Below are positions 1 through 8,175 of a stretch of 32,000 nucleotides of DNA, piece after piece (positions within the stretch are counted from its first letter, which is position 1; the number at the start of each line of letters is the position of its first letter). The stretch is from assembly GCA_963699255.1 (NCBI GenBank), contig OY969425.1, forward strand, positions 780,001-812,000, written 5' to 3'. The DNA is from an uncultured bacterium. Lineage in GTDB: Bacteria; Margulisbacteria; WOR-1; CAVSGV01. Position numbers and translations under genes: made by a program. The notes under the pieces were generated by a model. It saw nothing but the letters and a program-made list of their open reading frames with translations, was not told where the DNA came from and did no database searches.

Positions 1-413
1 GGAATGATCTGCCTCGCCTTGTAAGACAATATCACTTTCTCGGCCCTGTCCCGGGAGCTGCTGTCTTCCTGCGAAACCGCTGGGCCTGACATCAAAAGCT
101 CCTCTATTTCTTCTTCACCGGCGAACATCTTTGCGGTGATCCCGCGCCTTTTTGCTTCCTGAAGATAAAGCTGCCTGTTTATAAGATCACCGATAAGCTC
201 TTTCTTCATTTTTTCGCGGACGGACCCATCGATATTCTCACCGAAATATCTCTTATAGGAATCCTCATATCTTGCCAGGGAATACTCATACTCGTCCTTG
301 TAGATGTTGTCGCCGTTAACAACGATGGCGATCTCCGGCTCGGCAACGCACGGGAAGAACAATAAGAGGAAAAACAGCAGGATAACCGATGATCTTTTAA
401 TGTCGCATCTCAC
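1..413 (-). CDS. SurA-N/PpiD-like periplasmic chaperone (peptidyl-prolyl isomerase family); 5' part only, runs off the left edge
   Basis: Not in the ORF track because it is truncated. Manual minus-strand translation from GTG at 411-413 gives MRCDIKRSSVILLFFLLLFFPCVAEPEIAIVVNGDNIYKDEYEYSLARYEDSYKRYFGENIDGSVREKMKKELIGDLINRQLYLQEAKRRGITAK... This is a hydrophobic signal-like N-terminus followed by the VNG..I...E / LI...L.QEAKRRGI pattern typical of SurA N-terminal domain proteins. Confidence 0.5.
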   Translation of the reverse strand, partial: MRCDIKRSSVILLFFLLLFFPCVAEPEIAIVVNGDNIYKDEYEYSLARYEDSYKRYFGENIDGSVREKMKKELIGDLINRQLYLQEAKRRGITAKMFAGEEEIEELLMSGPAVSQEDSSSRDRAEKVILSYKARQII

Positions 414-436
414 AACTCACATCTCTATTCTCGGCA

Positions 437-1996
437 TCAATGCCTGAAGTGTCTTTTCCCTGTGAACACCAGCGCGATATTATGCTCGTTCGCGGCGGCG
501 ATCACTTCCGCATCCCTGATCGAGCCTCCCGTCTCAATTATCGCGGAAATGCCGGCTTTTGATGCCATGTCGATAGAATCCCTGAACGGAAAGAACGCAT
601 CTGAAGCGAGAACTGCGTTCTTTGCAAGCGTCCCGGCATTTTTAAGCGCTATTTCCACGGACTGCACTCTGTTCATCTGTCCAGCCCCAACACCAAGGGT
701 TTCCTTGCCTTTCGCCACAACTATCGCGTTGGATTTCACAAATTTCACGACGCCCCAAGCGAAGAAAAGATCCTCGAGTTCCGCCACGGAAGGCTGCTTC
801 TTTGAAACGACCTTTATGTCCGACAGGTTCAGCTCGAGCATATCGGTATCCTGAACGAGGAATCCCCCGCGGACCCTTTTGTAATCGAACCCTTTCCACA
901 CGCTGGTCAGCGAGCCCTTCCCCATTTCGAGAAGCCTTATATTCTCCCTTTTTTTAAGGATCTTTAGGGCCCCTTTATCGAATTCCGGCGCCGCTATCGC
1001 CTCGACAAAATGGCCCCCAAGCGCCTTGGCCATTTCCTCATCAACGGTCCTGTTAGCGGCAATGACACCGCCGTAAGCTGAAACAGGATCGGATGCAAAA
1101 GCTTTTTTATACGCGTGCACGATCTTTTCGGCCTGGCCAACGCCGCAGGGGTTGGTATGTTTAACTATGACAACGGTCGGAACAGCGAAATATTTTACAA
1201 TGGCCCACGCTGAATCAATATCATATATGTTATTGAAAGAGAGTTCCTTGCCGTGAAGCTGCTTCATCTGCGTGGTATCTCCAGTAACGCCAAGTTCCCT
1301 GTAAAAAGCCGCCTTCTGATGGGGATTTTCGCCGTAACGAAGGTCCTGCGCCTTCTCAAGGAATATGTCGATCTCGCCGGGCATCCCGGGTTTTGCTTCA
1401 TGCTTTACCCTGCCCTTAAAATAAAGTGATATGCGCGAGTCATACTTTTTCGTGTGCGAGAATGCTTTGCTGGCAAGAAGCTCTTTGGTCTGGAACGAGA
1501 GCTTGCCGCCCTTTTTCCTCAGCTCTTTCAATATCATGTCATAATCGGCCGGGTCTACGATGATCGCGACATCCTTGTAGTTCTTTGCCGCGGCCCTGAC
1601 CATACTGGGCCCTCCTATGTCGATATTTTCGATCGCTTCTTCGTGGGAGAATTTCGGCTTGGAGACCACCTGTTCAAAAGGATACAGATTGCAAACAACG
1701 ATATCTATCGGCCTTATTTTGAACATTTTCAGGTCTTTCAGGTGGTTCTTTTTGCTCCTATCGGCAAGAATGCCGCCAAAGATGGCGGGGTGAAGGCTTT
1801 TTACCCTGCCATCGAGCATTTTCGGATATCCAGTCAGTTCCGGCACTTCGATGACCTTTATCTTGCCTTTCCTTAAGTGTTCTGCCGTCCCTCCCGTGGA
1901 TACGATGTCATATTTCAGCTTCTTCAATCCCTTCGCGAACGGGATCAAATTCGTCTTGTCCGAAACAGATATCAAAGCTAATTTATTGTTTTTCAA
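437..1996 (-). CDS. purH: Bifunctional AICAR transformylase / IMP cyclohydrolase
   Basis: 519-aa ORF with a TTG start. The N-terminal MGS-like region (ALISVSDKTNL...STGGTA...GRVKSLHP) and the C-terminal AICARFT region (KHTNPCGV...GGSIRD) are full length and collinear with PurH. Confidence 0.95.
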   Translation of the reverse strand: MKNNKLALISVSDKTNLIPFAKGLKKLKYDIVSTGGTAEHLRKGKIKVIEVPELTGYPKMLDGRVKSLHPAIFGGILADRSKKNHLKDLKMFKIRPIDIVVCNLYPFEQVVSKPKFSHEEAIENIDIGGPSMVRAAAKNYKDVAIIVDPADYDMILKELRKKGGKLSFQTKELLASKAFSHTKKYDSRISLYFKGRVKHEAKPGMPGEIDIFLEKAQDLRYGENPHQKAAFYRELGVTGDTTQMKQLHGKELSFNNIYDIDSAWAIVKYFAVPTVVIVKHTNPCGVGQAEKIVHAYKKAFASDPVSAYGGVIAANRTVDEEMAKALGGHFVEAIAAPEFDKGALKILKKRENIRLLEMGKGSLTSVWKGFDYKRVRGGFLVQDTDMLELNLSDIKVVSKKQPSVAELEDLFFAWGVVKFVKSNAIVVAKGKETLGVGAGQMNRVQSVEIALKNAGTLAKNAVLASDAFFPFRDSIDMASKAGISAIIETGGSIRDAEVIAAANEHNIALVFTGKRHFRH

Positions 1997-2591
1997 TTTT
2001 CACCCTTCTCCCTTCTATCTTTAATTTTCCTTCGCTGAAAAGCCTTATGGCTTCCGGATATATTCTGTGTTCTTCATCAAGTATCCTGGCCGACAGGGAT
2101 TCTTCCGTGTCGTTATCAAGGACGGGGACCACGGCCTGGATTATTATGGGGCCCGTGTCGCATCCCTCATCGACAAAATGCACGGTGCAGCCGGAAAACT
2201 TGACGCCGTACTCAAGCGCTTTTCTCTGGACATGAAGCCCCGGGAAAGCGGGAAGGAGCGCGGGATGTATGTTCATTATGCGTCCCCTGAAGTGCTGGAC
2301 CAGCTCCGGCGACAAAAGCTTCATGTAGCCGGCAAGGCAGACAAGCCCGACCTTATTTTCCTCAAGCGTCTTGATCACCTGAATATCATATGAAGACCTG
2401 TCGCTGTGTTCCCTGCCGTCAATGACAACAGCCTTTATCCCGTGTTTCCTGGCCCTTTCCAGGGCCGCCGCGCCAGGAACGTTGCTTATGACAACGGCTA
2501 TTTCGACGTTGATCTTTTTGGAAGAGACGGCGTCAATTATCGCCTGCAGGTTCGATCCTCTTCCTGAAACAAGAACGCCGATCTTCAGCAT
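1983..2591 (-). CDS. purN: Phosphoribosylglycinamide formyltransferase
   Basis: 202 aa with the motifs GVLVSGRGSNLQAIID and NIHPALLPAFPG and the Asp in VDEGCDTGPII. It overlaps purH by 14 nt, consistent with one operon. Confidence 0.9.
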   Translation of the reverse strand: MLKIGVLVSGRGSNLQAIIDAVSSKKINVEIAVVISNVPGAAALERARKHGIKAVVIDGREHSDRSSYDIQVIKTLEENKVGLVCLAGYMKLLSPELVQHFRGRIMNIHPALLPAFPGLHVQRKALEYGVKFSGCTVHFVDEGCDTGPIIIQAVVPVLDNDTEESLSARILDEEHRIYPEAIRLFSEGKLKIEGRRVKIEKQ

Positions 2592-3604
2592 TATTTTATC
2601 TCCACTTCTCCCGATCCTTTTTGAATCTCGCCGATGACCACGCCCCCGGACAGTTTTGCCGTTGCTTTTGCGTCTTTTTTATCCACGACCAGGACCATGC
2701 CAATCCCCATGTTGAACGCCTTGAACATTTCAGCGTCGGATATATTCCCGTATTTTTTTATGACATTGAATATCTTCGGGACGGTCCATGATGAACTGTC
2801 GAACACGGCCTTTGTTCCCTTCGGCAGGACCCTTCCGACGTTCTCCGGAAGTCCTCCTCCCGTTATATGAGCGATCCCTTTTACATTTACCTTATCGAAA
2901 ACCTTAAGCAATGTTTTTGAGTATATGATCGTCGGGGTCAGAAGCGCTTCCCCCACCGTTGCATCAAGCCCGCCGACGCGGCTTGAAACCTTCAATCCCG
3001 CGACATCAAAAATCACTTTTCTCGCCAGAGTATATCCGTTGCTGTGAAGCCCGGATGACGGAAGGCCTATTATCACGTCCCCGGCTATTATTTTCCTGCC
3101 ATCGATCAACTTTTTCTTATCGACTATGCCGACGGCGAACCCCGCAAGGTCATATTCGCCCCTGCCGTAAAGATCGGACATCTCCGCTGTTTCTCCTCCG
3201 ATAAGCGCGCAGCCCGCCTGTTTGCATCCTTCGGTAATGCCTTTCAATATCTGCTCGATGATATCAGGCTCGATCTTATTGCACGCGATATAATCAAGGA
3301 AAAACAACGGTTTCGCCCCGAGGCATGCGACATCATCAGCATTCATCGCAACAAGGTCGATCCCGACCGTGTCGTGTTTGTTCATTTCAAAAGCTATTTT
3401 TACTTTTGTGCCGATCCCGTCGGTACCCGAAACGAGCACCGGTTGTTTGTATCCTTTTTTGTCGATCTCAAAGCAGCCGCCAAAAAGCCCTATCTCGCCC
3501 AGCACTCCCTTGATATTGGTGGACTTAGCGAGTTTCTTTACCCGCCTGACAACCTCATATCCGGCTTCGATGTCAACTCCGGCCTGCTCATATGTAACCG
3601 CCAT
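2591..3604 (-). CDS. purM: Phosphoribosylformylglycinamidine cyclo-ligase (AIR synthetase)
   Basis: 337 aa with YEQAGVDI, DGIGTK, DLVAMNADD and GGETAEM, the PurM family motifs. Confidence 0.95.
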   Translation of the reverse strand: MAVTYEQAGVDIEAGYEVVRRVKKLAKSTNIKGVLGEIGLFGGCFEIDKKGYKQPVLVSGTDGIGTKVKIAFEMNKHDTVGIDLVAMNADDVACLGAKPLFFLDYIACNKIEPDIIEQILKGITEGCKQAGCALIGGETAEMSDLYGRGEYDLAGFAVGIVDKKKLIDGRKIIAGDVIIGLPSSGLHSNGYTLARKVIFDVAGLKVSSRVGGLDATVGEALLTPTIIYSKTLLKVFDKVNVKGIAHITGGGLPENVGRVLPKGTKAVFDSSSWTVPKIFNVIKKYGNISDAEMFKAFNMGIGMVLVVDKKDAKATAKLSGGVVIGEIQKGSGEVEIK

Positions 3605-3608
3605 TAGA

Positions 3609-5009
3609 TCATCTTCCTTTTTTGAATAACAAACTTATGTTCTGCATTTGTTCGGGTATTTTCACGCAGTAACTGCCGTTCAGGCACGCCAGACAAAGGC
3701 TGTTTTTGGGAAGGCTGATGGAATCGACAAGGTTCCTTATGCTCAGGTAAGCGAGCGAATCCGCGTCAAGGAACTTGCGGACGCTCTCAATGCTCATGGT
3801 ACCCGCTATGAGTTCCGCCTTGGACGGAGTGTCTATACCGTAAAAACAGGGGAAAAGTATCGGAGGAGAACTAATCCTCATGTGGACCTCCCGTGCCCCC
3901 GCGTCACGCAGTATCTTGACTATCTGCTTGCTCGTTGTGCCCCGTACAATAGAATCATCGATCACGATCAGTTTTTTCCCTCTCACAACGTCCCTTATCG
4001 GATTAAGTTTTAGCTTTACGCCCAGATCCCTTATTGCCTGGCTCGGCTGTATGAACGTCCTTCCTATGTACCTGTTCTTGATAAGCCCGTCAGCGAACGG
4101 GATATTTGATTCCTGGGCATACCCTATCGCAGCTGATATTCCTGAATCGGGAACTCCGATAGTAAGGTCCGCGTCGACCTTGTTCTCCTTTGCAAGATAT
4201 TTTCCCATTATCGTTCGCGCGTCATAAACGGTCCTTCCGTCAAGTTTGCTGTCCGGCCTGGCCAGATAAATAAATTCAAAGGCACAGAGCGCTTTTTTTG
4301 CCCTCGGAGCGTACGTGATCGACCTGACGCCTTCCTGATCGATCACGACCATTTCGCCGTTCGATATATCCCTTACAAAATCCGCGCCCAGCACGTCAAG
4401 CGCCGCGGTCTCTGAAGAGAAAATATACGAAGAACCGAGCCGGCCCATGCACAAAGGCCTTATGCCGTTGGGATCCCGAACAGCGATCAGCTTGTCCCTG
4501 GTCATTATGACAAGCGCATACGCGCCCTGAACTTTTTTGCACATTGAAATGACGGCTTTTTCGATAGTATCTTCATCCGACCTCGCGATTAGAGCCGCCA
4601 TGACCTCGCTGTCCGTTGTACCTTTAAAGTTATACCCCTGTTCCTTCAGTTCCATCGTAAGTTCGCCCGAGTTCACAAGGTTCCCGTTATGGCCGAGAGC
4701 TATAGGCCCGAATTTGGAATCGAGTACCAGCGGCTGCGCATTTTCTATCGTGCTCGTCCCCGTGGTCGAATACCTGACGTGTCCGCACGCGATATGCCCG
4801 CCGTTCAATCTGTTAAGGATCTCTTCGTTAAAAACGACGGCGCACAGCCCCATTCCCCTGTGGGATATCATGTTCTTTCCGTCAGCTACTGCTATTCCCG
4901 CGCTTTCCTGTCCCCTGTGCTGGAGAGCGAATAAGCCGTAATAGACCATCTTCGACAGGTGGTCGCTGTCAAAAGAATATATTCCGTAAACTCCGCAGAA
5001 TTCTCTCAT
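3609..5009 (-). CDS. purF: Amidophosphoribosyltransferase
   Basis: 466 aa. It has a short propeptide followed by the nucleophile Cys (MREF-CGVYGI), the PRTase loop LIVIDDSIVRGTT and C-terminal Cys residues typical of the Fe-S type PurF. Confidence 0.95.
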   Translation of the reverse strand: MREFCGVYGIYSFDSDHLSKMVYYGLFALQHRGQESAGIAVADGKNMISHRGMGLCAVVFNEEILNRLNGGHIACGHVRYSTTGTSTIENAQPLVLDSKFGPIALGHNGNLVNSGELTMELKEQGYNFKGTTDSEVMAALIARSDEDTIEKAVISMCKKVQGAYALVIMTRDKLIAVRDPNGIRPLCMGRLGSSYIFSSETAALDVLGADFVRDISNGEMVVIDQEGVRSITYAPRAKKALCAFEFIYLARPDSKLDGRTVYDARTIMGKYLAKENKVDADLTIGVPDSGISAAIGYAQESNIPFADGLIKNRYIGRTFIQPSQAIRDLGVKLKLNPIRDVVRGKKLIVIDDSIVRGTTSKQIVKILRDAGAREVHMRISSPPILFPCFYGIDTPSKAELIAGTMSIESVRKFLDADSLAYLSIRNLVDSISLPKNSLCLACLNGSYCVKIPEQMQNISLLFKKGR

Positions 5010-5010
5010 G

Positions 5011-5430
5011 CTATTCTCCTATTATCTGAACAGCGATATCACGGGACCGGGGCCTTGTGTCATGATCTATAACGACTATCTGCTGCCAAGTGCCGAGCAA
5101 TAATTTTCCTTCCGTAAAAGGCACCGTGAGCGAAGGGCCTATCGCCGATGCCCGTATGTGCGAATAACCGTTGCCGTCGCCCCAGGTCTCATTATGAGCA
5201 TAAACTTCATTCGACGGCGCGATCCGCTCGCCAAAAGCCTTGATATCCTTAACAAGTCCGGGTTCATACTCTAATGTTGTAACAGATGCTGTTGAACCCG
5301 AGACAAAAACATTCACAATGCCGTTCGAGATCTTCGATTTCGAAACAAGATCCGATACCTTTGAAGTTATATCGACAACTTCGTCCTTGCCTTTTGTGCT
5401 TATCCTGACCGACCCGGCAACTACCGGCAT
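5011..5430 (-). CDS. YjbQ/UPF0047 family protein (secondary thiamine-phosphate synthase-like)
   Basis: 139 aa. The pattern VFVSGSTASVTT.EYEPG...D...NGYSHIRA...G.S...P...G.L.LGTWQ.I...D is typical of the YjbQ family. Confidence 0.8.
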   Translation of the reverse strand: MPVVAGSVRISTKGKDEVVDITSKVSDLVSKSKISNGIVNVFVSGSTASVTTLEYEPGLVKDIKAFGERIAPSNEVYAHNETWGDGNGYSHIRASAIGPSLTVPFTEGKLLLGTWQQIVVIDHDTRPRSRDIAVQIIGE

Positions 5431-7127
5431 AACTCTTCCAGCTTATCGACAGCCTTATCGATGTCTATCAGCTGGGTCTTTGAATCCGCCCTGGTCTTTA
5501 TCTCGACCTTCTTTTCCGCGAGAGACTTCGGACCTATTATGACCTTTATCGGAAATCCGATAAGGTCTATATCTTTCAGCTTGACCCCTATCGATGAATC
5601 CCTGTCGTCAAGGATCACCTCGACTCCTTTTTTGGAAAGGCCGTCATAGATCCTTTCGGCTACCTTCGATTGTTCCGGTTCCTTCATGTTCACCGGCACT
5701 ATGGCGACCTTGTAAGGAGCCAGCGACAGAGGCCACTTTATCCCGAAATCATCATTGTTCTGCTCGATCACTGCGCCGGCGATCCTGGATACCCCTATTC
5801 CGTAACAGCCCATTATGTACGGTTTTTCTTTCCCGTCCTCGCCGAGATAGTTCGCCTTCATTTTTTCGCTGTATTTGGTGCCTAGCTTGAATATATGTCC
5901 GACTTCGATCCCCCTGGTCATGACAAGTTTCCCTCCGCACTTCGGGCAGGGGTCGCCGACTTTAGCAAGCCGCAGATTATCGGTCTCATCCGCTTTGTAA
6001 TCCCTGCCGTATCTGACGTGGATCATGTGAGCGTCATTCTCGTTGGCTCCGGCGATGCCGTCTTCGATCTCCGTCACCGACCTGTCGGCGTATATCTTGA
6101 CACTCAATCCCACAGGCCCGGCAAAACCGACCGGAGCGCCGGAAACTTTTTCGACAGTTGCGGCGTCCGCCATCTCGATATCTTCCCTGCCGAGGATCTT
6201 CTTCAGTCTTGACTCGTTCAGCTGGTGGTCGCCCCTTATCAGGACAGCAACAACCTTATCTCCGGCTTTATAAAGCAGGGTTTTTATCATACATTCCTGA
6301 GGCACTTTCAGGAATTTTTCCAGTTCCTCAATTGTCTTTATGTTCGGTGTTTTTACCTTTTCAATTTTGGGTATCTTTTTCTCGCATCTCTCATCTCTCA
6401 TCTCGCATCTCTTGATTTCAGCCATTTCCTTCGCCGCCGCGTAATCGCAGCTGTCGCAGTGCATGATCTCATCCTCTCCCGTCGGCGACAGAACCATATA
6501 CTCCTGGGAGAATCCTCCGCCGATAGGCCCGGGATCGGCATGCACCACTTTATATTTGAGTCCGCACCTGTCAAAAATGCGGTTATAAGTTTCATACATG
6601 ATCTTATATGTTTTCTCCAGCCCCGCTTCGTCCTTATCGAAAGAATAAGCGTCCTTCATTATGAATTCGCGGGACCTCATCACCCCAAACCGGGGCCTTA
6701 TTTCATCGCGATATTTGGTCTGTATCTGGTAAAGGTTCAGAGGCAGTTCTTTGTATGACTTTACGTTGCTGCGGACAAGGTCGGTGATCACCTCTTCGTG
6801 CGTGGGGCCAAGGCAGAATTCCCTGTCGTGCCGGTCCTTTATGCGGAAAAGCTCCTTCCCGTAAACATCCCATCGGCCTGTTTCCATCCACAGTTCCGAA
6901 GGAAGAATGGCGGGAAGCTTGACTTCAAGGGCGCCGGCCCTGTCCATTTCCTGCCTTACGATCTGCTCGATCTTATGTATGACCCGCCATCCAAGAGGTA
7001 AATATGTGTAGACTCCTGAAGAAAGCTTCCTGATAAGGCCTGCCCTCAGCATAAGCTTGTGGCTCACTATCTCCGCTTCAGTAGGGTCTTCGCGGAGCGT
7101 GGGGGCAAGCAATCGTGACATCTTCAT
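5421..7127 (-). CDS. proS: Prolyl-tRNA synthetase (bacterial type with editing insertion)
   Basis: MSRLLAPTLREDPTEAEIVSHKLMLRAGLIRKL..., class II motifs and an anticodon-binding C-terminus. The ORF track starts at 7142, but by my reading codon 7140-7142 is TGG on the minus strand. I therefore place the start at ATG 7125-7127 (ATG 7119-7121 is also possible). Confidence 0.93.
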   Translation of the reverse strand: MKMSRLLAPTLREDPTEAEIVSHKLMLRAGLIRKLSSGVYTYLPLGWRVIHKIEQIVRQEMDRAGALEVKLPAILPSELWMETGRWDVYGKELFRIKDRHDREFCLGPTHEEVITDLVRSNVKSYKELPLNLYQIQTKYRDEIRPRFGVMRSREFIMKDAYSFDKDEAGLEKTYKIMYETYNRIFDRCGLKYKVVHADPGPIGGGFSQEYMVLSPTGEDEIMHCDSCDYAAAKEMAEIKRCEMRDERCEKKIPKIEKVKTPNIKTIEELEKFLKVPQECMIKTLLYKAGDKVVAVLIRGDHQLNESRLKKILGREDIEMADAATVEKVSGAPVGFAGPVGLSVKIYADRSVTEIEDGIAGANENDAHMIHVRYGRDYKADETDNLRLAKVGDPCPKCGGKLVMTRGIEVGHIFKLGTKYSEKMKANYLGEDGKEKPYIMGCYGIGVSRIAGAVIEQNNDDFGIKWPLSLAPYKVAIVPVNMKEPEQSKVAERIYDGLSKKGVEVILDDRDSSIGVKLKDIDLIGFPIKVIIGPKSLAEKKVEIKTRADSKTQLIDIDKAVDKLEELCR

Positions 7128-7174
7128 CTTTTTCCCGATCACCCCTGCCTAATAGAATTCGAGGAACATGTGTA

Positions 7175-7203
7175 TTATACAGGATTTACCAGTGAATTAC
7201 AAG
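7175..7203 (-). promoter_or_regulatory. Sigma70-like promoter upstream of proS
   Basis: On the minus strand: TTGTAA (7198-7203), 17 nt spacer, TATAAT (7175-7180). It lies about 50 nt upstream of the proS start. Confidence 0.4.
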
Positions 7204-7333
7204 TTAAGGTTTTTATTGATATGACAGCAAATAAGTGGTTTTTTCACGTAAATAAACCCCACGAAAAATAGCCAAAGGAGCAGGACAAACGAGAAGTTAA
7301 AAAAGATTAAATCTTGAATCAAACATACAAGGT

Positions 7334-8005
7334 TTATATATTATTTTCAATAAATATTTTAAAGGAAAGATCTGCCAGTTTTTCCGGCGTCAAAATATCC
7401 AGGTTCTTTGGAACTTTATAATGTGAGAACATTAATTGCCAAGCATATTGCCAGGGAAAATTTTGTGCATTTGGACCATCCCGCTTAGCCCTTCCGAAAA
7501 GCAAAGCAACAAAATTTAGCGGATCATAAGTCCCGGGTTTCATTCCTTTTACTGTGACCGTTGTCATATATCCGGGGAAAATAATTCTTACATCATCGAA
7601 TATTCCCTGGGTCAACGGAGGGAAAACCTTAAAAATGTTGTCCCGCGCACTACTGAATAATTCTGTTATATCTTGAGGATATCCGCACTCCCCTGTTCTT
7701 CCCATTAAAGATTCGGTTTTAAAAGAAATCTCTTTATCGGACTCGTCTAAAAAAAGCGCGCTTCCCAACGTATACGCGACCTCAACATTTTTAATTTCAT
7801 CATGTTCCCTATTTTCAAGCCCGTCACACCCTGCCAGCACACAACCGGTTCTCGCGTCAACAGGATGTCGATCAAAACGGAACAGGAACGGCTTTTTCAA
7901 TATTCCGCACTCCCCATATTGGGTATTATATTCTCGCTCTTTTACCACGAAGGAATTTTTAACCTTGCGAATAAAATGCCCATATTCGGATATATACATT
8001 CCCAT
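7334..8005 (-). CDS. Hypothetical protein (223 aa, orphan)
   Basis: A long ORF in an AT-rich island, with AGGAG 9 nt upstream of the ATG. It has no signal peptide or TM segment and I recognise no family motif. Confidence 0.6.
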   Translation of the reverse strand: MGMYISEYGHFIRKVKNSFVVKEREYNTQYGECGILKKPFLFRFDRHPVDARTGCVLAGCDGLENREHDEIKNVEVAYTLGSALFLDESDKEISFKTESLMGRTGECGYPQDITELFSSARDNIFKVFPPLTQGIFDDVRIIFPGYMTTVTVKGMKPGTYDPLNFVALLFGRAKRDGPNAQNFPWQYAWQLMFSHYKVPKNLDILTPEKLADLSFKIFIENNI

Positions 8006-8175
8006 ATTTTATATCTCCTATATTTGAGAGCTTAGAATAATTGACTTATTTTCAACCCCTCATCGCTTTCTGCGTATGTTATCGATAGATATAAGTGAAA
8101 ATTTCAGAAAGTACAAATATTTGATGGGGGATTTTTGTTTTTGCTGATATAAGGGAAATCGTCCCTGCGGATCAT

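Noticed and set aside
7355-7376. The 3' end of the 223-aa orphan (TATTTTAAAGGAAAGATCTGCC) resembles the glyS 3' end (TATTTTAGGAAAATCGGCG, 8184-8202), hinting at a second displaced-gene-end relic
   Set aside because: The match is short, needs two gaps, is AT-rich and does not keep a common reading frame. This is unlike the ungapped in-frame lnt repeat, and I cannot distinguish it from chance by eye. The 6-nt CCCTGC shared by 7144-7149 and 8163-8168 is likewise too short.
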